Source of the DNA: Clostridiales bacterium
Lineage (GTDB): Bacteria; Bacillota; Clostridia; Oscillospirales; CAG-272
Direction: 5' to 3'
DNA length: 64,000 nt
NCBI GenBank assembly: GCA_022791685.1
Contig: JAAVZO010000027.1
Span: 8,473 to 72,472, forward strand
Position numbers and translations under genes: made by a program. The first letter of the stretch is position 1, and each line of letters opens with the position of its first letter. Below the pieces are notes generated by a model, which ran no database searches, was not told the DNA's origin, and worked only from the letters and a program-made list of their open reading frames with translations. Of the stretch, positions 57,355 through 64,000 are shown piece by piece.

Positions 57355-58083
57355 TCATATTGCAAGCCCGCCGTCAATGCGAATTACTTCTCCGGTGATG
57401 TAATCGGCTGTCGCTAAGAACAATGCCAGCGACGCGACTTCATCCGGATTGCCCATGCGTCCGAGCGGTATCTTTGAGGTTACGGCTTCATCATTGGCGA
57501 ACTTTTCGGTCATATCGGTTACGATAAATCCGGGGGCGATTGCATTTATGCAGATACCGCGTCCTGCAAGTTCACGTGCGGCAGATTTAGTCATGCCGAT
57601 TAGTCCTGCCTTTGAAGCGGAGTAGTTCACCTGACCGGGATTGCCGATAATTCCGGCAATAGAGCTCAAATTGATCACCTTTCCGCTGCGCTGCTTTACA
57701 AGGAGAGGACATACGCGACGCATCATGTTGTATGCGCCTTTGAGGTTGATATTTATAACATCGTCGAAGTCGGTTTCCTTCATCATTACAAGCAGCTTGT
57801 CGCGAGTGATACCGGCGTTGTTTACAAGAATATTTACAGCGCCAAAGTCAGCGAGCACCTCGCCGATTGTCTTATCGACTTCTTCGTAATTTTCAACATG
57901 GCACTGATAAGCCTTAGCGTGTCCGCCTTCAGCTTCGATTTCGGCAACTACCGCGTCAGCGCTTGCCGAATTGCTTGAATAAAGAATGGCGACGTTAGCG
58001 CCTTCCTTTGCGAACCGAACCGCTATTGCACGTCCGATTCCGCGGGAGCCGCCAGTAACGACGGCGGTCTTTCCGGTCAGCAT
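57355..58083 (-). CDS. fabG: 3-oxoacyl-ACP reductase
   Basis: SDR motifs TGGSRGIG, NNAG and YxxxK (YSASK). 242 aa. Confidence 0.93.
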   Translation of the reverse strand: MLTGKTAVVTGGSRGIGRAIAVRFAKEGANVAILYSSNSASADAVVAEIEAEGGHAKAYQCHVENYEEVDKTIGEVLADFGAVNILVNNAGITRDKLLVMMKETDFDDVININLKGAYNMMRRVCPLLVKQRSGKVINLSSIAGIIGNPGQVNYSASKAGLIGMTKSAARELAGRGICINAIAPGFIVTDMTEKFANDEAVTSKIPLGRMGNPDEVASLALFLATADYITGEVIRIDGGLAI

Positions 58084-58985
58084 GATTTTACCTCGTCTGC
58101 AACTGCTGCGATTTCTTCAGGAGTTTCAGCGTGAAGTACCTTAGCGTCGGGGGCAATCTTCTTAACGAACTTAGACAGAGTCTGTCCCGGTCCTACCTCG
58201 ATGAAGGTGTTGATACCCTCAGCCGACATATTGCGTATGATCTGCTCCCAGCGAACAGGATTGTTAATCTGATTTTCCATCAGATTCCATACATCTTCAC
58301 CGTAAGGCTGTGCAGTGTAATCTGCCCATACCGGAGTAGTTATTGTATTTGCCTTGAGCGTGGCAAGATATTCGCCAAATTGCTTAGCTGCATTGTTCAT
58401 AAAAGGCGAGTGGAAACCACCGCTTACTGCGAGCGGTACGACTCTTGCACCAGCAGCTGCAAAATCAGCTTTAGCTGCGTCGAGAGCTGTCTTGAGTCCG
58501 GCTACGGTCACCTGACCAGGACAGTTGTAGTTTACAGGATATACGTTTTCATGCAGTGCGCAGATACGCTCAACTTCTTCATTCGAGAGCTTCAATACAG
58601 CAAACATACCGGTCTCGAATTCATCGGAAGCCTTAGCCATCAGGTCACCGCGCTTGCATACGATCTCAAATCCAGTCTCGTAGCTGTATGCGCCGCCTAC
58701 TGCAAGTGCAACGATCTCGCCAAGTGAGAATCCAGCAAGTGCGTCCGGCTTAACGCCCGCACGTATCAGCGAATTCGCTGCGGCAAGCTCAGCAAGATAC
58801 AGACAAGGCTGTGTATTTTCGGTTTTCTTTAAATCATCCGGAGTTCCGTCGAAGCAGATCGAGGTGATGCCGGGACGAATTTTGTCTGCAGCGTCGAAAA
58901 GCTCGCGCTCGGATTCGTAGAGCGGCTTTCCCATTCCGGGATACTGAGCTCCCTGTCCGGGGAAGAGCAGTGCTATTTTATCCAT
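58077..58985 (-). CDS. fabD: Malonyl CoA-ACP transacylase
   Basis: FPGQGAQ and GFSLGE active-site motifs. 302 aa. Confidence 0.93.
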   Translation of the reverse strand: MDKIALLFPGQGAQYPGMGKPLYESERELFDAADKIRPGITSICFDGTPDDLKKTENTQPCLYLAELAAANSLIRAGVKPDALAGFSLGEIVALAVGGAYSYETGFEIVCKRGDLMAKASDEFETGMFAVLKLSNEEVERICALHENVYPVNYNCPGQVTVAGLKTALDAAKADFAAAGARVVPLAVSGGFHSPFMNNAAKQFGEYLATLKANTITTPVWADYTAQPYGEDVWNLMENQINNPVRWEQIIRNMSAEGINTFIEVGPGQTLSKFVKKIAPDAKVLHAETPEEIAAVADEVKSC

Positions 58986-59920
58986 TTCGTTGCTCCTTTT
59001 AATAATTCTTCTGTATCCTTCATGATTTCCTCGATCATTTCAGCTACAGGCTGAGGACGATTGACCATGCCAGAAATCTGACCAGCGAGAACGCAGCCAG
59101 TCTTAGTGTCGCCTTCAACAGCTGCACGTCTGAGTGCACCGACTCCAAGGTCAGCGACTGATTCAGGTGTAGCGTCAGGCGCGTACTCTTTGACTATAAA
59201 TTCGCGGCTGAATTTATTCTTTATGCAGCGGCAGGTGTTTCCGCCGAAACGGCGACCTGTCGTTACAGTCGACGTATCGGCTGCATCGAGTACCATTTTC
59301 TTGTAATTTTCATGTACGCCGCATTCTTCTGCGACAAGGAAGCGAGTTCCGATCTGTACGCCTTCAGCGCCGAGCATAAACGAAGCAGCAGTACCGCGTC
59401 CGTCGGCGATTCCTCCGGCAGCGATCACAGGTATCGAAACAGCGTCAACTACCTGCGGAACGAGCGCGATCGTAGTGAGCTCGCCGATGTGTCCGCCGGA
59501 CTCCTGCCCCTCCGCAACAACTGCGAATGCGCCAAGCTTTTCCATTCTGACTGCCATTGCAACCGAAGCGACAACAGGAATTACCTTTACGCCAGCTTCG
59601 AGCCATGCGGGCATGAACTTAGTCGGCATACCAGCGCCGGTGGTTACTACCTCGACCTTTTCGTCGATGATGATCTGTGCAGCTTCTTCAGCTGTTGGGC
59701 TTTGGAGCATTAAGTTTACTCCGATGGGACGGTCGGTCAGCTCGCGCGCGATCTTGATCTGACCGCGCAGATAGTCGCCGCCTGCCATTGCGGAGATGAT
59801 TCCGAGACCTCCAGCCTCGGAGACCGCTGCGGCAAGCTTGCCGTCAGCGATCCACGCCATGCCGCCCTGAAATACAGGATAGCGCAGTCCGAGACCTTCG
59901 GTGATTCTGGTGCTAAGCAT
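58973..59920 (-). CDS. fabK: Enoyl-ACP reductase II (FMN, NPD family)
   Basis: YPVFQGGMAW and AAGGIADGRG motifs. 315 aa, in a fab context. Confidence 0.85.
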   Translation of the reverse strand: MLSTRITEGLGLRYPVFQGGMAWIADGKLAAAVSEAGGLGIISAMAGGDYLRGQIKIARELTDRPIGVNLMLQSPTAEEAAQIIIDEKVEVVTTGAGMPTKFMPAWLEAGVKVIPVVASVAMAVRMEKLGAFAVVAEGQESGGHIGELTTIALVPQVVDAVSIPVIAAGGIADGRGTAASFMLGAEGVQIGTRFLVAEECGVHENYKKMVLDAADTSTVTTGRRFGGNTCRCIKNKFSREFIVKEYAPDATPESVADLGVGALRRAAVEGDTKTGCVLAGQISGMVNRPQPVAEMIEEIMKDTEELLKGATKWIK

Positions 59921-60144
59921 TATTCAGCTTTCAGCTCCTCGATCTTAGCAACGAGGTCAGATACGAGCTGGATGTCGGGAGAAACTTCGATCTCAACGCC
60001 GAACTCGTCGGAGATGTCCATAAGGAGCTCTGCGATGTCGAGCGAGTCCATACCGAGGTCGGTGAGCTTGGTTTCAGCGGTGATGTCTGCAACGTCGCAG
60101 TCGAGCTTGTTAGCGATAATTTCAGCAAGTTTTTCAATAATCAT
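59920..60144 (-). CDS. acpP: Acyl carrier protein
   Basis: 74 aa with the LGMDSLD phosphopantetheine site. Confidence 0.93.
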   Translation of the reverse strand: MIIEKLAEIIANKLDCDVADITAETKLTDLGMDSLDIAELLMDISDEFGVEIEVSPDIQLVSDLVAKIEELKAE

Positions 60145-60183
60145 GATAATTTCCTCTTTTCAAAAATATAAATTTAATATGTT

Positions 60184-61137
60184 TTACCATTTGATAAGGC
60201 AAGCAGCGTCGGAAAGTCCTCCGCCAAATGCCGTCAGCAGAAGCAGGTCGCCTCTGTTTAAGCTGCCATTGCGATTTAATTCATCGAGTACAATCGGCAC
60301 GCTTGCGCTTGAAGTATTGCCGTAACGGTCAATGTTTAAGCAGAATTTTTCAACCGGAACACCGAGCCTTCTTGCTGACATATCAATAATGCGCTTGTTA
60401 GCTTGGTGTGGAACGATGTATTTTATATCATCCAATGTTAAGTTGTTCTGCTCAAGCAGAGCTTTTACATCATTGCATATCGATGTGACCGCGTATTTGA
60501 ATGTCTCCTGACCCATCATATGGATGACAGGCTTTTCAGGCTCGACAGTGTTGAACGGAGACTCTCCGGTATACATCGGTATTTTGAGTACTTCGTTATC
60601 TCCGGTCACATTGAATACAGCATCAATATAGTTGTCGCCCTCTTCGAGCACAACTGCACCAGCACCGTCTCCAAATATAACGCAGGTCGAGCGATCGCTC
60701 CAGTCAAGAATGCGACTGAGACGCTCCGAGCTGACAACAAGCACCTTCTTAGCTTTGCCTCGTGCGAAATAACCGGCTGCTGTTTCGAGTAAGAACAAGA
60801 ATGCAGAGCAGGCAGCACTAACATCAAATGCCATGCAGGTAGCGCCGATACGCTTTTGAACCATGCAGGCAAGTGATGGTGACGCGTAATCTCCGCTGAC
60901 CGTGGATGCGATAATTAAATCGAGATCGCTTGCATCAATTCCAGCATTGTCGAGAGCGGCTTTAGCAGCTTCTGCTGCCATATCGGTGCAAGTCTCGTGA
61001 GTTGCGATACGGCGTTCTTTAATGCCTACTCGCTGAACTATCCATTCGTCGTTAGTATCGACATAATTGGAGAGCTCGTCATTTTTTACGATTCGTTCCG
61101 GAACGAACATTCCGGTTCCGAGTATTCGAAAGCTCAT
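60184..61137 (-). CDS. fabH: 3-oxoacyl-ACP synthase III
   Basis: Preferred start is ATG 61137 (MSFRILGTG). Active-site motifs AACSAF, HQAN and GNTSSAS are present. Confidence 0.93.
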   Translation of the reverse strand: MSFRILGTGMFVPERIVKNDELSNYVDTNDEWIVQRVGIKERRIATHETCTDMAAEAAKAALDNAGIDASDLDLIIASTVSGDYASPSLACMVQKRIGATCMAFDVSAACSAFLFLLETAAGYFARGKAKKVLVVSSERLSRILDWSDRSTCVIFGDGAGAVVLEEGDNYIDAVFNVTGDNEVLKIPMYTGESPFNTVEPEKPVIHMMGQETFKYAVTSICNDVKALLEQNNLTLDDIKYIVPHQANKRIIDMSARRLGVPVEKFCLNIDRYGNTSSASVPIVLDELNRNGSLNRGDLLLLTAFGGGLSDAACLIKW

Positions 61138-61344
61138 GATAATTTTACCTTTCTTTCGGAAGTCGCGGCTGATTTTATACTGCGCCAGCCGCAAACGCAA
61201 TGAAACATATAATCTTTTACGTTATACAAGTAAGTACCCAAAAAAGTGATAGGGTTACAAAAAAACGAAAAAAACTTTGAAAATTTTTCTTTCGGCTGTG
61301 TAACCTTTTAATTTCAAACAATACTAAAAATAATACAGTGTAGG

Positions 61345-61857
61345 GTGGTGATGATAGTGGATACATTCGAGAGCATATACAGAGAATATTTTTCACGCGT
61401 GTACGGCTTCATTTATCGAATGTGCAGGGATGATGACCTCGCTGAGGAATTGACGCAGGAGACGTTCTTTCAGGCGTTTAAATCATTCCGCCGCTTCAGA
61501 GGTGACAGTGAGCTGTTTACGTGGCTCGCAGCTATCGCAAAATTTACATTTTTCAATTATATGAGAAAGAACAAGTGCGCTGAGTGCGTAAATCTTGATC
61601 TCATAGCGGACACGCTTTCTGACAGTGACGACAGCGACCCTGAAGCGACTGTCGAAAAACGCGAGACTACTGTCGCGATACGCCGTGCGATTTCAAATAT
61701 GCCGGAAAAATATCGCGATGTTGTAATGCTGCGCCTATACGCCGAGCTTCCATTTTCAGAAATAGCCGAGTCGCTCAAAATAACCGAAAATTCGGCTAAG
61801 GTTATTTTTCACCGTGCGAAAAAAATGCTGACTGAAGAATTAAGGGCTGAGGTTTAA
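61345..61857 (+). CDS. ECF-type RNA polymerase sigma factor
   Basis: Region 2 (DDLAEELTQETFFQAF) and region 4 (LPFSEIAESLKITENSAKVIFHRAKK). The start is ambiguous among GTG 61345, ATG 61351 and GTG 61357. Confidence 0.85.
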   Translation: MVMIVDTFESIYREYFSRVYGFIYRMCRDDDLAEELTQETFFQAFKSFRRFRGDSELFTWLAAIAKFTFFNYMRKNKCAECVNLDLIADTLSDSDDSDPEATVEKRETTVAIRRAISNMPEKYRDVVMLRLYAELPFSEIAESLKITENSAKVIFHRAKKMLTEELRAEV

Positions 61858-61891
61858 ATTGAGTTCCTATAATCATGAAGGAGATGAATAT

Positions 61892-62227
61892 ATGAATATT
61901 TCATGTGATATGGCGATGGATCTTATTGCGTTATACAATGACGGAGTCGCAAGTGAGGACAGTCGTCAGGCGATACGCGAGCATTTGAAGGGGTGTCCTG
62001 ATTGTCGACGTGCATTTGCGGAGTATTCAGCCGAACGCAAAAAAGCTGCTGAGGAGAGAATAGCGCGTGATGATGTTTCGGAAAAATATACGCTGCTCGC
62101 AAAGCACTTGCGCCGCAATCATATGATCTCGACGGCGACGGTGATGTCGGTTGTAGCAATATCACTCTTAGTTGGAAGCTTTGGAACGCTGCGGCTGCTC
62201 ACTCGAAATGAAGCGGATGACGAATAA
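61892..62227 (+). CDS. Anti-sigma factor (zf-HC2, single TM)
   Basis: The H-x3-C-x2-C motif is HLKGCPDC. A TM helix VMSVVAISLLVGSFG is present. ATG 61892 follows GGAGATGA. Confidence 0.75.
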   Translation: MNISCDMAMDLIALYNDGVASEDSRQAIREHLKGCPDCRRAFAEYSAERKKAAEERIARDDVSEKYTLLAKHLRRNHMISTATVMSVVAISLLVGSFGTLRLLTRNEADDE

Positions 62228-62231
62228 AATA

Positions 62232-62267
62232 ATGCAGGGAGGTAAAATGCGCCTCTCTGCATTTTTG
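62232..62267 (+). terminator. Intrinsic terminator after the anti-sigma gene
   Basis: ATGCAGGGAGG (62232-62242) pairs with CCTCTCTGCAT (62252-62262). TTTTT follows. Confidence 0.7.
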
Positions 62268-62406
62268 TATAATTCAGAGTATTATCAGGAAAAATACAGA
62301 ATATCGTCATTTATTTGTCAGATTACGGTGGTAAAATATATATGCAGCAGAGAAGGAGGGCTGCGAATTTTAAAATTGAGTCGATATTAAAAATGGAGTG
62401 TTACTT

Positions 62407-62667
62407 ATGAAAAAGATTAAAAAATTACCGCTTATCATACTTGCATTGTTTGCAGTTGGAATAATGGCGGCGAGCTGCTCTGATAAGGATAAAGATAATT
62501 CTGATTCGGACGAGCCAAATGTGACATCAGCAGAGGATACGACCGATAATGATACTGATGAAGTAACTGACAATGATACCGACAGCGATGAAGTGCCCGA
62601 TGATACTGATAACACGGATACCGAACCCGTGGACGAGGACACTGACCCAGAAACAAACGAAGCATAA
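62407..62667 (+). CDS. Small acidic lipoprotein (Asp/Thr/Glu-rich low complexity)
   Basis: ATG 62407 lies 8 nt after GGAG. Lipobox MAASC. The mature part is almost entirely D/T/E/N/S. Confidence 0.55.
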   Translation: MKKIKKLPLIILALFAVGIMAASCSDKDKDNSDSDEPNVTSAEDTTDNDTDEVTDNDTDSDEVPDDTDNTDTEPVDEDTDPETNEA

Positions 62668-62674
62668 AAGCATA

Positions 62675-62710
62675 CACCTCATTGACGATATGCCAATGAG
62701 GTGATTTTTA
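62675..62710 (+). terminator. Intrinsic terminator
   Basis: CACCTCATTG (62675-62684) pairs with CAATGAGGTG (62694-62703). ATTTTTA follows. Confidence 0.75.
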
Positions 62711-62711
62711 T

Positions 62712-62744
62712 TAAAAACAAACCTCCGAATATTTCATCGGAGGT
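62712..62744 (-). terminator. Terminator of the GGGtGRT gene
   Basis: ACCTCCGA (62721-62728) pairs with TCGGAGGT (62737-62744). On the minus strand TTGTTTTT follows. Confidence 0.7.
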
Positions 62745-62765
62745 CTGTAAAAATCGCTTAAAGCC

Positions 62766-63773
62766 TTATTTCATGCTCTCTTCTACAGCAACTGCACAAG
62801 CAACGGTAGCGCCAACCATCGGGTTGTTGCCCATACCGATGAGACCCATCATCTCAACGTGTGCCGGTACAGAGGACGAACCTGCGAACTGAGCGTCGCC
62901 GTGCATACGTCCCATCGAGTCAGTAAGACCGTAGGAAGCAGGACCAGCTGCCATGTTATCAGGGTGAAGTGTACGTCCTGTGCCTCCGCCGGATGCAACA
63001 GAGAAGTACTTCTTGTCGTTTTCGATAGCCCACTTCTTGTAGGTACCTGCAACGAGGTGCTGGAAACGAGTCGGGTTGGTCGAGTTACCAGTGATGGAAA
63101 CGTCAACGCCCTCATGCTTCATGATAGCAACACCCTCGAGAACGTCGTTAGCGCCGTAGCACTTAACTTTCGCCTTGTCGCCGTTCGAGTATGCCTTCTC
63201 GTAAACGACTTTAAGCTCGTCGTTGTAGAAGTCATAATCAGTGCATACATAGGTGAAGCCGTTGATTCTCGAAATGATGAATGCAGCGTCCTTGCCAAGA
63301 CCGTTAAGAATAACGCGGAGCGGCTCTTTTCTTACCTTGTTAGCGGTTCTTGCGATACCGATAGCGCCTTCAGCAGCTGCGAAGGACTCGTGACCTGCCA
63401 AGAAGCAGAAGCACTTTGTCTCCTCACGGAGAAGCATTGCGCCGAGGTTACCATGACCAAGACCAACGCTGCGGTTCTGTGCGACAGAGCCGGGCACGCA
63501 GAATGCCTGAAGTCCGATACCGATCGCTTCAGCAGCGTCAGCGGCGTTGGTAACACCCTTCTTTATAGCTACTGCGCAGCCGAGAGTGTAAGCCCATACT
63601 GCGTTCTCGAACGCGATCTGCTGTACGCCCTTAACTATTTCTTCGACATTGATGCCCTTATTAAGGCATATGTCTCTTGCCTCCTCGAGGTCGGCAATTC
63701 CATATTCAGCAAGGCATTTTTCGATGCCTGCCATTCTTCTTTCCTTACCTTCAAAGGTTACGTTGTTAGACAT
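62766..63773 (-). CDS. GGGtGRT-family protein (conserved, function unknown)
   Basis: 335 aa containing the eponymous SGGGTGRTLHPD motif. Confidence 0.75.
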   Translation of the reverse strand: MSNNVTFEGKERRMAGIEKCLAEYGIADLEEARDICLNKGINVEEIVKGVQQIAFENAVWAYTLGCAVAIKKGVTNAADAAEAIGIGLQAFCVPGSVAQNRSVGLGHGNLGAMLLREETKCFCFLAGHESFAAAEGAIGIARTANKVRKEPLRVILNGLGKDAAFIISRINGFTYVCTDYDFYNDELKVVYEKAYSNGDKAKVKCYGANDVLEGVAIMKHEGVDVSITGNSTNPTRFQHLVAGTYKKWAIENDKKYFSVASGGGTGRTLHPDNMAAGPASYGLTDSMGRMHGDAQFAGSSSVPAHVEMMGLIGMGNNPMVGATVACAVAVEESMK

Positions 63774-63790
63774 TGTTAGCTCCTCCTCTC

Positions 63791-64000
63791 TTACTGCTTT
63801 CTTGGGTCAATATACTTAGCGGCTTCATCAAATCTGCCGTAAGTCTTGATGTTGGCTTCGTAAGCTTCCTTAGGATCCTTACCAGCCTTGATAGCGTCCA
63901 TCATCTTGCCGAGGTGTACGAACTTGTAGCCGATAACCTCATCGCCCTCATCGAGACCGAGTTCAAGAATGTAGCCCTCAGCCATTTCGAGGTAACGAAC
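63791..64000 (-). CDS. Hypothetical protein, C-terminal part only (truncated by the window edge)
   Basis: The reading frame stays open to position 64000 (..VRYLEMAEGYILELGLDEGDEV...). It ends 17 nt upstream of the GGGtGRT gene start. Confidence 0.5.
   Translation of the reverse strand, partial: VRYLEMAEGYILELGLDEGDEVIGYKFVHLGKMMDAIKAGKDPKEAYEANIKTYGRFDEAAKYIDPRKQ

Overview
By gene content and consensus sigma-A promoters, this looks like a Clostridia chromosome, possibly Oscillospiraceae/Ruminococcaceae (taxon is inference only). About 60 genes are densely packed and mostly housekeeping. They include tpiA-pgk, uppP, a U32 peptidase, an ABC exporter pair, purA, secDF-tcdA, rplJL behind an L10-type leader, and potABCD. 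A T-box-controlled ilvA-ridA-leuA-leuCDB-ilvBN-ilvC operon is followed by a separate ilvD unit. A fabH-acpP-fabK-fabD-fabG-fabF-fabZ-accD-accA cluster is also present. Accessory parts are a GH127-like/BNR pair, a low-GC-looking gene next to tRNA-Gly(CCC), a MazF toxin with no antitoxin gene, an OmpR/HK two-component system, an alpha-galactoside hydrolase locus, two ECF-type sigma genes and a GGGtGRT-family gene. No CRISPR array, transposase, integrase or rRNA was seen. The most interesting signals are non-coding or organisational: (1) five homologous copies of a palindromic element with GTTCGATAAC/GTTATCGAAC arms, three of them directly behind consensus promoters; (2) a perfect promoter plus strong terminator enclosing only about 70 nt, a candidate sRNA; (3) a structured leader without T-box motifs before ilvD, which is tightly coupled to DUF815 ATPase, [2Fe-2S]-ASKHA and MBL genes; (4) a promoter-hairpin-terminator leader before potABCD; (5) a sigma-fusion gene whose region 2 has no canonical start codon. 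Coordinates, spacers and base pairs were counted by hand, and protein family calls rest on recognised motifs, not searches.
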